From Candidatus Acidiferrales bacterium (GTDB lineage Bacteria; Acidobacteriota; Terriglobia; Acidiferrales; UBA7541), in assembly GCA_050012235.1 (NCBI GenBank), contig JBEKHP010000015.1:3007-67006 (forward strand): a stretch of DNA of 64,000 nucleotides, given 5' to 3'. Positions 54,986 through 64,000 of this stretch are shown here, piece by piece. The translations under genes were made by a program, and so were the position numbers. Each line of letters opens with the position of its first letter. Position 1 is the first letter of the stretch. A model generated the notes under the pieces. That model had not been told where the DNA came from and did not search any database. It saw nothing but the letters and a program-made list of their open reading frames with translations.

Positions 54986-56227
54986 ATGACGTTGCCAACA
55001 AGTTCCACGCGCGCGAAGTCGGGAAGTAAAACGGGGTTTTCCGCGCGAGCGCGAGCCGCAGAGTTTTCCATGCCTCGGCTAGGCCAACAGATCCTTGCCT
55101 TCATGCTGGCGATTGGTTTGCTCTTCGCCACTCTGCCGCAGAACGTGCTGGCGCAGGACAACCAGACTCAAGATCAAACTGCGCAAGGTCAGGCTTCGCC
55201 GGCGGGCGACGCGACGCCTTCTTACACTCCGCAGTCGCAGGATCAGTTGGATCAGCTGGTGGCGCCCATCGCGCTGTATCCCGATTCTCTTGTGGCGCAA
55301 ATTCTAGCCGCATCCACTTTTCCGGCGCAAATCGTTGAAGCGGACCGCTGGGTCCAAGCGCATCCGGATCTAAAAGGCGATGCGCTGGGCCAGGCTGTCG
55401 ATCAGCAAAGTTGGGATCCCAGCGTGAAGGCGCTCTGTGCCTTTCCCACCGTTCTGGGGAATATGGACAAGAACGTTTCCTGGACCTCCTCACTGGGCGA
55501 CGCCTACTACAACCAGCAAGCGGATGTGATGGACGCGATTCAGCGCATGCGTCAAAAGGCGCAACAAGCGGGCAATCTAAAAGACACGCCGCAACAAACC
55601 GTGCAGACGCAGGGTTCCGATATTGTGATTCAGCCCGCTCAACCCGATGTAGTTTACGTTCCGGCGTATGATCCCTGGGCTGTTTACGGGTATCCAATAG
55701 CTCCGTGGCCTTATTGGTATAACTATCCCGGCATCTGGTTCGGCGGTCCATATCTTTCCTTCGGACTTGGTTTCGGCATTGGTTGGTACGGCGGCTTCGG
55801 ATGGGGATGGGGCCATTGGGGTTTCGATTGGGGCAATCGTTACGTCGCGTTTGACCACGGCCGATACTACTCGCACAGCAACACGTTTTATAACCGCTCG
55901 AATTATTACCGGGGCGGAGGCGAGCGTGGCGTGGCCAACAACGTGAACCGCGGATTTAACGACCGCGCTGGAGCTGAAAACCGTGGTGAAGGTGAGAACC
56001 GCGGTGGAGAAAACCGCGGCGGCGAGACGCGCCCATTCAATGGGGATCGCAACGCGGCGCGCGGATACGGTGATTCGCGCGGCCAGAGCGGCACTCGTTC
56101 CGGTGCGTTCAGCGGCTACAACCATGGTGGAGAAACCAGGAGTTTTTCGTCACGCGGGCAATCCAGTTTCGGTGGCGGCGGTGGCGGATTCCATGGTGGC
56201 GGCGGTGGCGGCGGTCGTCACCGCTAA
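54986..56227 (+). CDS. DUF3300 domain-containing secreted protein with a Gly/Arg/Asn-rich C-terminus
   Basis: LDQLVAPIALYPDSLVAQILAASTFPAQIVEADRWV...WDPSVKALCAFP is the DUF3300 core. ATG 54986 follows AGGAGG. Confidence 0.8.
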   Translation: MTLPTSSTRAKSGSKTGFSARARAAEFSMPRLGQQILAFMLAIGLLFATLPQNVLAQDNQTQDQTAQGQASPAGDATPSYTPQSQDQLDQLVAPIALYPDSLVAQILAASTFPAQIVEADRWVQAHPDLKGDALGQAVDQQSWDPSVKALCAFPTVLGNMDKNVSWTSSLGDAYYNQQADVMDAIQRMRQKAQQAGNLKDTPQQTVQTQGSDIVIQPAQPDVVYVPAYDPWAVYGYPIAPWPYWYNYPGIWFGGPYLSFGLGFGIGWYGGFGWGWGHWGFDWGNRYVAFDHGRYYSHSNTFYNRSNYYRGGGERGVANNVNRGFNDRAGAENRGEGENRGGENRGGETRPFNGDRNAARGYGDSRGQSGTRSGAFSGYNHGGETRSFSSRGQSSFGGGGGGFHGGGGGGGRHR

Positions 56228-56326
56228 TCTCAATTCACAGTTGCGATAGCGCTTTGTCGGCGTGCTATGGCAACTATTTATAACCCCTTCGAAATTTATC
56301 AAATTTATAGACGGGAGAAAGAACAT

Positions 56327-57316
56327 ATGCATCCTGCGAAATGGAACCTGCGAAATGTTCGGTTATCCGGTTATTTCACGGTGGCGACAGCGGCCCTCCT
56401 CCTGTTCGCATCCTTTTCCCCGAGCGCCCTGGCCCAGCAGAAGGGGCAAAAAACGTTTTCGTCAGCGGACGAAGCCTGCCACGCCCTCGTGACCGCGTTG
56501 AAAAATAGCGACGATCAAGCGCTGCTGCAGATTCTAGGTCCCGACGGGAAAGAGATTATCTCCTCTGGCGATCCGGTTGAGGACGCAGCCACCCGCACAA
56601 ATTTCGTAAGCAAGTTTCACCAAATGCACCGGCTGGTGGTTGAGCCGGACGGTACCACCACTCTTTATATCGGCGCGGAAAATTGGCCCACCCCTATCCC
56701 GCTGGTGAACAAAAACGGTGCGTTCTATTTCAACACGGAGGCAGGCAAGCAGGAAATTCTCTACCGGCGTATCGGCCGGAACGAAATGTCGGCCATTCGC
56801 GTTTGCCAGGAGCTCGTCGCCGCGCAAAATGAATACTTCGCGAAAGAGAACAACGAATACGCGCAGAAACTCGCCAGCGACGCTGGAAAGAAAGACGGGT
56901 TGTACTGGGCCGACGCCGATAAACAATCGCAAAGCCCCATCGGTCCGCTGGTGGCGAACGCCAGCGTTCCGAACGGCGCGCCAAAGAATCTGAATACTCC
57001 CCCTACGCCATTCCACGGCTACTACTTCCGCATCGTCACGCGCCAGGGGAAGGACGCTCCCGGTGGCGCAGCCGACTACATCGTCAACGGAAAAATGACC
57101 GGCGGATTCGCCTTCGTCGCCTATCCTGCTGAGTACCGCAATTCCGGCGTGATGACGTTCATAGTCGGCAAAGACGGCGTGGTGTACGAGAAGGACCTCG
57201 GCAAGAAGACCGAAGCGGCCGCGAAATCCATCAAGTCCTACGACCCCGATACAAGCTGGAAAAAATCCTCCGGCGCGATGCAGGAGCAGTCCGCGGACGC
57301 AAAAAAGCCCCAGTAG
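56327..57316 (+). CDS. DUF2950 family secreted protein
   Basis: Signal peptide, then ...NWPTPIPLV..GAFYFNTEAGKQEILYRRIGRNE...GGFAFVAYPAEYRNSGVMTFIVGKDGVVYEKDLG. It is the usual partner gene of DUF3300. Confidence 0.8.
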   Translation: MHPAKWNLRNVRLSGYFTVATAALLLFASFSPSALAQQKGQKTFSSADEACHALVTALKNSDDQALLQILGPDGKEIISSGDPVEDAATRTNFVSKFHQMHRLVVEPDGTTTLYIGAENWPTPIPLVNKNGAFYFNTEAGKQEILYRRIGRNEMSAIRVCQELVAAQNEYFAKENNEYAQKLASDAGKKDGLYWADADKQSQSPIGPLVANASVPNGAPKNLNTPPTPFHGYYFRIVTRQGKDAPGGAADYIVNGKMTGGFAFVAYPAEYRNSGVMTFIVGKDGVVYEKDLGKKTEAAAKSIKSYDPDTSWKKSSGAMQEQSADAKKPQ

Positions 57317-57369
57317 GCTGATGTCGCACCAGGACGATTTTCGCGAAGAGTTCGCGTACACTCGAACGA

Positions 57370-57458
57370 ATTTCTAACCGGTTCTGGCCTACATTCAAAA
57401 ACGACTGTAACCCTCTGAAAACAAACGACCGGCCCATTTCTAACCGGTGCCAGAACCG
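57370..57458. repeat. Direct repeat ATTTCTAACCGGT (x2) combined with a 10 bp long-range inverted repeat CGGTTCTGGC / GCCAGAACCG
   Basis: The direct-repeat copies are at 57370-57382 and 57436-57448. The inverted arms are at 57379-57388 and 57449-57458 (perfect match, 60 nt apart). All lie in a 400 nt non-coding gap. Confidence 0.7.
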
Positions 57459-57718
57459 CATTTAAGCAATTACATATTCGCAACTCCATTGGACAGTCTC
57501 TCTCGGGACAAAGGACATTTCCTTTCTAAAGTCCGTGTGAGTAGTTGTATCATCGCGCCCAATCCGGCATTCCGAGCTCAGCGCGTGCTCCGGAATTTCG
57601 GGGACCCAGTGATTGAGAGCTTACCATGATGGGATTTCTGCGCAGTCGCTAAAGATCGCTGCCGCAGTGACGGGTGGGAGTTCCCTCACGCAAGCAGGAA
57701 GGAAAGGGGACGTTGTTC

Positions 57719-57946
57719 ATGCCTCATTGGGACTTAAAGCCGCCATACGGTTTGTTAATGGGCGGGCTCTTGTTATTGTTTCTGGCTGTAGGTGGGACGT
57801 GCACCGGAAAAGCGCCGCAATTCTTTGGTCGAGTGGTCTACCGCGACGAAGAACCGAACAGGTTTTGGCGATTAGTCGCGTCATATTGTGTCTTCGGTCT
57901 TGTTCTTATTGGACAATTCTTGTATAAGGTCTACTTTTCAGGCTGA
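57719..57946 (+). CDS. Small two-TM membrane protein (75 aa)
   Basis: ATG 57719 follows GGAAGGAAAGGGGA. Sequence MPHWDLKPPYGLLMGGLLLLFLAVGG...FWRLVASYCVFGLVLIGQFLY. Confidence 0.5.
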   Translation: MPHWDLKPPYGLLMGGLLLLFLAVGGTCTGKAPQFFGRVVYRDEEPNRFWRLVASYCVFGLVLIGQFLYKVYFSG

Positions 57947-58024
57947 GCCTATCTCCGCGTTGCTTCGTCCGACTGCGTTTTCTGCTTGGCCTGTCCCTCG
58001 CCTGCACAAAATCCCCAGTTCCCG

Positions 58025-58960
58025 CTACTTATGCAGCCATGGGAGCTGGCCCTTGTGCGACAGCGCCAGCAAATCCATCGACACGGCCACCGCGCAGTGA
58101 AGGCACACGCCTCCCCAAATCGATTTTAGCTTCCACGCCAGCCAGCCCAGAATTAATCCAGCGAATATCGCGCCGGCCGCCTCGGGCCACGGCTTGCTGA
58201 AATGAATCATCATGTAAGGCATCACCGACACAGGAACCGCCATCACCCCGATGTACCGCGAAAGTCCCCCCGCCAAAAATCCCCGAAAGAAGAATTCCAC
58301 CGCGATAAATTGTCCCGCGTACATTCCCTCCCACATCAGCAAGTCCGCCCAGGAACGCCCCGCCTGCGCGTACATCGGATAGTAATTGTAAAACTCAGGC
58401 GTGAGCGAAACGAACCAGATCACCGGCGACACCAGCACGAACAGCGCAACGTAAATCCAAAAATGTTGCGCGAAGCCGCGAAACGAAAGGTTGCAATCGC
58501 GCAACCGGTTGCCCGGCTGAACTGCCATAACGATTGCGGGCAGCGCGACAGAGCTGATCAGAATCCACAGGATCCACCAAGCCTTCACTCGTAGCACCCA
58601 GTAAGGGTCGGGCATAAACCGCTTCGGCGGGTACAACTCCGCGTAGGTGGTATCGCTGCCGACAAAATTCACCACAAGCAGCCCAATACAAGCCGTCACG
58701 CAAATGATGGCGAGCCCGCGCACGTCCGCGCTCTTGAGCGTGTCTTTTAGTGCGTCGCCGACCGAGCGCGGCTCTTTGGATTCTGCATCTCCCGCAAGCA
58801 CGACGCCGCCGCTAGCGCGCAAATCGCGCGCCCGCGACGCAGGCGAATGCCGGTCGCGCCCCTTGCGCGACGCAGCAGGGAAGTCTCCCCCCGCGGAGCG
58901 CCGGTAACGCCGCAGTCTTCGCGTATCGGTAGATGCAGTTCCAACCTTCATATCTTGCAT
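58025..58960 (-). CDS. CPBP-family intramembrane protease (CAAX/Abi) with an Arg-rich cytoplasmic N-terminus
   Basis: VEFFFRGFLAGGL (motif 1), MMIHFSKP (motif 2) and CLHCAVAVSMD (motif 3). Confidence 0.75.
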   Translation of the reverse strand: MQDMKVGTASTDTRRLRRYRRSAGGDFPAASRKGRDRHSPASRARDLRASGGVVLAGDAESKEPRSVGDALKDTLKSADVRGLAIICVTACIGLLVVNFVGSDTTYAELYPPKRFMPDPYWVLRVKAWWILWILISSVALPAIVMAVQPGNRLRDCNLSFRGFAQHFWIYVALFVLVSPVIWFVSLTPEFYNYYPMYAQAGRSWADLLMWEGMYAGQFIAVEFFFRGFLAGGLSRYIGVMAVPVSVMPYMMIHFSKPWPEAAGAIFAGLILGWLAWKLKSIWGGVCLHCAVAVSMDLLALSHKGQLPWLHK

Positions 58961-59039
58961 GTCTTGGCGATCACCTTCTGCGCGAACCCACGCCGCTTCT
59001 GTGGCGGCACAGCATGCTGTGCCCTTTCCCCGCCCTGTC

Positions 59040-59855
59040 TCAGCGAACTGTTCCGAACAGTGACCCGACGCCGGCGGTCACCGCCATGGCCAGCGCGCCC
59101 CAGAACGTCACGCGGATAGCTCCCATCGCCACTCGCGCGCCACCCACATGCGCAGCCCACCCGCCCAGAAGCGCGAGGAACAGAAGCGAAGTTGCAGAAA
59201 CGACAACGATCAATCGCTCCGCCGGAGCCACGGCGGTGACTAACAGGGGCATGCTTGCTCCTACCGCGAAGCTGCCCGCCGATGCCAGTGCGGCCTGAAT
59301 CGGACGCGCTCGGACAGTTTCGGAAATACCGAGTTCGTCGCGGGCATGCGCGCCCAGCGCGTCGTGGGCCATCAGCTGGTCGGCGACCTGTTTCGCGAGC
59401 GAAGGATTAAGCCCGCGCTCCACGTAGATTGCCATCAGCTCTTGGTGCTCGCCTTTATCGTCTTCTTTCAGTTCCTCGCGCTCGAGTTCGAGTTCCGCCT
59501 GCTCCGTGTCTGCCTGCGAATGAACGGAAACGTACTCACCCGCCGCCATCGACATGGCACCCGCTACCAGCCCGGCGACTCCTGCGAGCAATACGCTGCT
59601 GTGAGTTGCATGCGCGGCCGCCACACCGAGCACCAGACTCGACGTGGACAGGATGCCGTCGTTCGCCCCCAGCACTGCCGCGCGCAGCCACCCGATTCGC
59701 CCTGTGCGGTGCATTTCCTTTTTGCCTGTGGGCGTTCGCAAGGCCCCTCCAATTGCCATGCGTAAATCCTGCCTCGAATTCTGTCGGCCCTTCATCGCAA
59801 TTGTAGGTGTTACTTTCCCGGCGGCGAACCGGGATGATACCACCGAGTGCGCCAA
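59040..59855 (-). CDS. VIT1/CCC1-family iron/manganese transporter
   Basis: WLRAAVLGANDGILSTSSLVLGVAAA, a central acidic helix (ELEREELKEDDKGEHQEL), and three C-terminal TM helices. The exact start is uncertain. Confidence 0.85.
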   Translation of the reverse strand: MAHSVVSSRFAAGKVTPTIAMKGRQNSRQDLRMAIGGALRTPTGKKEMHRTGRIGWLRAAVLGANDGILSTSSLVLGVAAAHATHSSVLLAGVAGLVAGAMSMAAGEYVSVHSQADTEQAELELEREELKEDDKGEHQELMAIYVERGLNPSLAKQVADQLMAHDALGAHARDELGISETVRARPIQAALASAGSFAVGASMPLLVTAVAPAERLIVVVSATSLLFLALLGGWAAHVGGARVAMGAIRVTFWGALAMAVTAGVGSLFGTVR

Positions 59856-59857
59856 CC

Positions 59858-60385
59858 CTAGCGCGGATCGGCAACCGTAGCGGGGGATTTCGCCTGGAGC
59901 TGGAGCTCCATCACAATAGCAGGTTCGTCAGGTTCGTAATAAAAATGCGGAGCCGTTCCGCAAATTACAAAACCCAGTTTTAGATTTAGCTGCAGCATTG
60001 CAAGATTGCTTTCCCTCGTGTTCGTGACGATGACGCGAAAGCCCTGCTGCCTCGCAAATTCAATCTGCCACTGCTTCTGCTTCATGCCGAACCCTCGGCG
60101 GCGAAACTCGGGCAGAATGCCGGTGCTCATGATGTGCAGGCAGCCCGGCCTCGGCTCGTCGTCGTAGTCCGAATCGCGTATGAACGCCGAGCAGCCCACG
60201 ATCTTCCCGTCGACGATCATCCAGTACGATTCGAATTCCGCCCATTCTTCGGGAATAAACAAGTCCGCGGGATGCTTATGGAAGATCCTACGGTCGATTT
60301 CGCAGAGTGCGTCAATCTCATCCGGAAGAATCGCTCTCCTGAACTCGATCCTCTGTGTCGCCGCGGCAGTGTTAGTGTTGTTCAT
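59858..60385 (-). CDS. GNAT-family N-acetyltransferase
   Basis: Acetyl-CoA pocket ILPEFRRRGFGMKQKQWQIEFARQQGF. 175 aa. Confidence 0.85.
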   Translation of the reverse strand: MNNTNTAAATQRIEFRRAILPDEIDALCEIDRRIFHKHPADLFIPEEWAEFESYWMIVDGKIVGCSAFIRDSDYDDEPRPGCLHIMSTGILPEFRRRGFGMKQKQWQIEFARQQGFRVIVTNTRESNLAMLQLNLKLGFVICGTAPHFYYEPDEPAIVMELQLQAKSPATVADPR

Positions 60386-60475
60386 GTCTCACAATGCCGG
60401 ATGATATCACCCCGCCACACTTGACGGCATCTGCGTCGCGGGTTAAGCAGACTCGCTCGCCGCGCTAGAAAAGCG

Positions 60476-60766
60476 TTGACATTCCTTCCAGCGGATGATG
60501 TCGTAGTTAGCATGAAGCTTCGAGCTGGATTTGTTTACTCCGCGGTTATTCTGATTTTCTTTGGCGCGCTATACTTGTTGACCAAGGCGTTTGACCTGCT
60601 GAACCGGCCAAGCGACACATCAGTTTTCTACGGGATCTTAATTATTGTCGCGCTGATCGCGCTGGTTCCTTCCGCACTAAGCTGGATTTGGCACCATCAT
60701 GTGACGCCGCACGCAGAACCGCAGGCGCCCTTCACACGAAAAAAGGAGAACGATGCAAATACGTAA
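60476..60766 (+). CDS. Small two-TM membrane protein upstream of the SPFH gene
   Basis: Sequence ...MKLRAGFVYSAVILIFFGALYLL...FYGILIIVALIALVPSALSWIW. The start is TTG 60476 or ATG 60512. It overlaps the SPFH gene start by 14 nt. Confidence 0.5.
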   Translation: MTFLPADDVVVSMKLRAGFVYSAVILIFFGALYLLTKAFDLLNRPSDTSVFYGILIIVALIALVPSALSWIWHHHVTPHAEPQAPFTRKKENDANT

Positions 60767-61658
60767 ATTCATTCCTCTTGTTGTACCTGTAATCCTGGTC
60801 GCATTTTTCTTTGCCGGTTGCGCCACGCGAATCGGCCCCGGCCGCGTGGGAATTAAAGTGGACCTCGCCGGAACGCAGCGCGGCGTCGAAGACTTGCCCA
60901 TCCGTACCGGCTGGGTGTTCTACAATTTTCTTTCGTCCACCATCGTCGAATATCCCACTTCGATTCAAACCGCCAAATGGACCAGGGACCTGAACGAAGG
61001 CTCGCCCACCAACGAGGAAATGTCGTTCAACACCAAGGACGGACTCACGGTGTACGGCGACCTTTCGGTTTCTTACCATCTCGAGGCAAACAAGGTTCCG
61101 GCGTTCTATGTGAAATTCCGGAATGACAATATCGATCACTTCACTCACGGTTTCTTGCGCAATGTCGCGCGCGACGCCATCAATCGCACCGGCTCGCAAT
61201 ACACCGTGCAGGAAATCATGGGTGAAAAGAAGTCCGAGTTGGAGATCGATTCGCGCAAGGATTTGCAGGCGCAGGTGACCGACATCGGAGTGGTGATCGA
61301 TCAATTCGGTTTCATCGGCTCGCCGCGCCCGCCCGAGTCCGTGATTGCCGCTATCAACGCCAAAGTTCAGGCGCAACAAATCGCGGTGCAAAAGCAAAAT
61401 GAGCTGGTGCAGTCCCAAGCCGACGCCGCCAAGCTCGTCGCCGCCGCAGAAGGGCAGGCCAAAGCGCAAGTCGCCATCGCGAATGGCGAAGCGGAATCAA
61501 ACCGCCTGCGCGCCGCGTCCATCAGCGAAAACATCATCAAATGGCAGCAGCTGGCCGTCACCGACCGCTGGATCGAAAAGTGGAACGGCCAGGTGCCCTC
61601 GGTCCAAGCCGGCGGCAACCTCCCCGGCATGCTCCTGGACATCAAGCCGCAGAAATAA
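60753..61658 (+). CDS. SPFH/Band-7 (prohibitin/HflC-like) lipoprotein
   Basis: AAGGAG precedes the ATG. Lipobox FFAGC, an SPFH core (...FNTKDGLTVYGDLSVSYHL...) and an Ala/Gln-rich coiled coil (QAQQIAVQKQNELVQSQADAAKLVAAAEGQAKAQVAIANGEAE). Confidence 0.85.
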   Translation: MQIRKFIPLVVPVILVAFFFAGCATRIGPGRVGIKVDLAGTQRGVEDLPIRTGWVFYNFLSSTIVEYPTSIQTAKWTRDLNEGSPTNEEMSFNTKDGLTVYGDLSVSYHLEANKVPAFYVKFRNDNIDHFTHGFLRNVARDAINRTGSQYTVQEIMGEKKSELEIDSRKDLQAQVTDIGVVIDQFGFIGSPRPPESVIAAINAKVQAQQIAVQKQNELVQSQADAAKLVAAAEGQAKAQVAIANGEAESNRLRAASISENIIKWQQLAVTDRWIEKWNGQVPSVQAGGNLPGMLLDIKPQK

Positions 61659-61703
61659 CGCGCACAGTTCGCTCTGAGAACGGAAAGAAACGGGGAGTTC
61701 GCT

Positions 61704-62057
61704 ATGGTAATGCGGGATTACAAGCTGAATTCACCGGGGGCAGTTGATCCGTCAGGTTTCTGGAGATTTATTTTCTGGCTGACGTTTGTATTCGGCAACC
61801 TGACTATAGCGTTTTGTTGGCTGTTGGCACACGTCCCAGGTAAAGACATGCGACTGAACCTTGCGGCGCTATCGTGTCTGGTCTTTTTTATGTTTGTGTC
61901 AATTCTGATGGCGCGATGGATATGGAAAATTAGGAACCCCATCCCAGTTCCAGGACGAGCGGTCCGACCAGCAATGTACATGATTGTATTGATCGCATGG
62001 GTTGAGCTAGTTCTAGGGCTCGTTGGAATTATAGGGGTCGCAGTCTACCGCCCCTAG
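61704..62057 (+). CDS. Hypothetical four-TM membrane protein (117 aa)
   Basis: Hydrophobic helices FWRFIFWLTFVFGNLTIAFCWLL, LAALSCLVFFMFVSILM and MYMIVLIAWVELVLGLVGIIGV. No family recognised. Confidence 0.5.
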   Translation: MVMRDYKLNSPGAVDPSGFWRFIFWLTFVFGNLTIAFCWLLAHVPGKDMRLNLAALSCLVFFMFVSILMARWIWKIRNPIPVPGRAVRPAMYMIVLIAWVELVLGLVGIIGVAVYRP

Positions 62058-62086
62058 TTGGAAGCCCCGGCGTCTATTGGGGCTAT

Positions 62087-62611
62087 TTATGGAACCGGCG
62101 GAGGAACTGGCTCGGACCAGTGGGCGTTGCGGAATTGCCAGCGGCCGTCGCGATATTGCGCGACGCCGGTAAAGTATCCCTTGTCCTCGATGTGGCGGCC
62201 GTCGGCCCACGCTTGTAGCTCGTGATACGAAGCGCCCACCACGGCGAGATCCGGCGCGAGCAGGTCCACGCGCAAATCATCGCCCCATTTCAACTCAATT
62301 TGTTTGATGGCAAGCGCGACCTGCGGAAGCCCCGTCGTAACCTCCGCGCTATTTGCAAAAGCGATTTTGCCATCGACGGCCATGAAGAACGCCGGGGTGT
62401 CGGCAAAATACTTGCGCCACGCTGCAGGGCCGTCTTGTGTGACGGCGTGAGCCACGTCGTGCATAAACGCTCGCACGCCATCCTCGACCCCTGTGGCGCG
62501 CGCCGCTGTTAGCGGCTGCGACGCTCCCAACGCAGTCCTTTGTGCGCTGCTTCCCGCGTATGTCAGCGTGACGAGCAGAACGGTACAGAGCATGGTACGC
62601 ATGGTTGACAT
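62087..62611 (-). CDS. Secreted SnoaL/NTF2-like (DUF4440-type) protein
   Basis: AGGAG lies 5 nt before ATG 62611, followed by a signal peptide MSTMRTMLCTVLLVTLTYAGSSAQ. The fold assignment rests only on length and the alpha+beta pattern (...AWRKYFADTPAFFMAVDGKIAF...YFTGVAQYRDGRWQFRNAHWS). Confidence 0.6.
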   Translation of the reverse strand: MSTMRTMLCTVLLVTLTYAGSSAQRTALGASQPLTAARATGVEDGVRAFMHDVAHAVTQDGPAAWRKYFADTPAFFMAVDGKIAFANSAEVTTGLPQVALAIKQIELKWGDDLRVDLLAPDLAVVGASYHELQAWADGRHIEDKGYFTGVAQYRDGRWQFRNAHWSEPVPPPVP

Positions 62612-62716
62612 GGTCGCTCCTTTCATCAGACGTATCGTGCCCACCTGAAGAACAACTCGGGCGCAATGTATCACAGGAATCTACGAAGACAAATCGCGCG
62701 GCCGCGGTCGAAACGT

Positions 62717-62725
62717 TGTTAGAAT
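62717..62725 (+). promoter_or_regulatory. Extended -10 element TGTTAGAAT placed 7 nt before ATG 62733
   Basis: The TGnTAGAAT overlaps the first in-frame ATG (62724). The second ATG (62733, MRVFTLSLAAV...) sits at the expected transcription start, which suggests a leaderless mRNA. Confidence 0.3.
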
Positions 62726-63935
62726 GCGCGGCATGCGCGTATTTACGCTGAGCTTGGCGGCCGTGGTTGCTGTATTGTGCGGTGCGAGCGTCGGCACTTC
62801 ATCGCGATTCGCGCCGGTCAGGGAACTCCGCACCAACTCGCGAGATGCAAACACAGCTAACGACGTGCACTGGTCGGTGCAGACCAGCGGCATCGACACC
62901 AACCTGCGCGGTATCAGCGCCGCATACATATCCGACGCAATTGCGGCGCGCCGCTCTTCGAATTCGCCTGACGAGCGCCATATTGCCGTGTGGGCTTGTG
63001 GTTCCAACGGAGTGATTCTCCTCTCGAAGGATCTCGGCAAGACCTGGAAGCGCCTGCACGTCGTGGGAGGCGAGACGCTCGATTTCCGCGGCATTGTTGC
63101 TTTCGACGAGACGACGGCTTACCTGATGTCGAGCGGGGAAGGCGACAAATCGCGCATCTACAAAACGATGGACGGCGGCGAAACTTGGAAGCTTGAGTTT
63201 ACCGACAAGCGCCCGTCATTTTTTCTCGATGCTTTGGTCTGCGATAGGGATTGCTACGCATTGAGCGACCCCGTTGACGGCAAGTTCGTCCTGGTGGGTG
63301 CGCAAAACGGGGAAAACTGGAAAGAACTCCCAAGCGACGCCATGCCCGCCGCACTTCCCGGCGAAGGCGCATTCGCCGCCAGCGGAACTGCGCTCGCGAT
63401 GAACAACGACGGTGATCTGTTTTTCGGTACAGGCGGCGGAAAAGCCGCGCGCGTGTTTCACTCGCCCGATTTCGGCAAGACCTGGACCGCAGCCGAAACG
63501 CCGATCGCAAGCGGCAACGCCTCTTCCGGAATATTTTCAATTGTGGCCACGCCTTGGGCTGCGATCGCCGTGGGAGGCGACTACAAAGATCCAAGCCGGC
63601 CGTACCGCGTGGCTGCTTATTCGACCGATCGCGGAAAAACGTGGAGCCTTGCGACTCAGCAGCCGGGCGGTTACCGTTCGGCAGTCGTGGCTCTGTACGG
63701 CGCGATGCTGGCCGTCGGCCCCACTGGTGAAGACATCTCTGACGACTTCGGCGCGCACTGGAAACGCACCGATTCTCTGGATCTGAACGCGGCCTTCGTT
63801 TTGGACATTGACAACGGGTGGGCGGCGGGCGCGAAAGGCACCATCGCGCGTCTCGTCAATCGCACGCAATATCAGATTCGCAACGACGTCCCGCGAGACG
63901 ATCCCGCGCGTGCGACCACTTCGCTATCGCGTTGA
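62724..63935 (+). CDS. Secreted BNR/Asp-box repeat beta-propeller protein (Ycf48/sialidase-like fold)
   Basis: Repeated SxDxGxTW boxes (SKDLGKTW, TMDGGETW, SPDFGKTW, STDRGKTW, DDFGAHW). Signal peptide. The true start may be ATG 62733. Confidence 0.8.
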   Translation: MRGMRVFTLSLAAVVAVLCGASVGTSSRFAPVRELRTNSRDANTANDVHWSVQTSGIDTNLRGISAAYISDAIAARRSSNSPDERHIAVWACGSNGVILLSKDLGKTWKRLHVVGGETLDFRGIVAFDETTAYLMSSGEGDKSRIYKTMDGGETWKLEFTDKRPSFFLDALVCDRDCYALSDPVDGKFVLVGAQNGENWKELPSDAMPAALPGEGAFAASGTALAMNNDGDLFFGTGGGKAARVFHSPDFGKTWTAAETPIASGNASSGIFSIVATPWAAIAVGGDYKDPSRPYRVAAYSTDRGKTWSLATQQPGGYRSAVVALYGAMLAVGPTGEDISDDFGAHWKRTDSLDLNAAFVLDIDNGWAAGAKGTIARLVNRTQYQIRNDVPRDDPARATTSLSR

Positions 63936-64000
63936 ATATTCCATGGGCAACACGAATCGAAATTCAGCGAGCTACAATTTTCCGAGGAGATAGAGGATCA

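Overview
64 kb chromosomal segment, most consistent with an Acidobacteriota (Terriglobia-like) genome. The supporting signs are a PadR regulator followed by tandem ADOP-type orphan permeases, bacillithiol genes, and a G-ending codon bias. Most of the window is densely packed housekeeping DNA. It carries hrcA-grpE-dnaJ-rsmE-lepB-carA/carB, a DHDPS-family gene, bshC, a LacD-like aldolase, nfo, leuS and guaA. It also carries an ECF sigma/anti-sigma/LTXXQ operon, ssb and a complete tolQ-tolR-tolA-tolB-pal-cpoB cluster. Further along are a DHA2 MFS pump, miaB, parA-parB, ypdA, an isolated nuoI, a PseB/NeuC-like gene pair, a DUF3300/DUF2950 pair, and three CPBP (CAAX/Abi) intramembrane protease paralogs. 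I found no rRNA, tRNA or CRISPR array. Three regions stand out. (1) About 46.6-51.6 kb between nuoI and the sugar genes looks like a cryptic mobile or replicon-like insert. It has roughly 1-1.4 kb with no convincing ORF, short tandem iteron-like repeats, a stretch where three long ORFs overlap each other, and a compact module of four small DNA-binding-type genes. No integrase or structural gene is present. (2) A small GIY-YIG nuclease cassette sits between carA and carB. It is bracketed by inverted hairpin repeats and its right end is tandemly duplicated. (3) The first transmembrane helix of TolQ is encoded upstream of any canonical start codon, which points to an AUU start. All family assignments come from motif recognition in the supplied translations. 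No database search was run.
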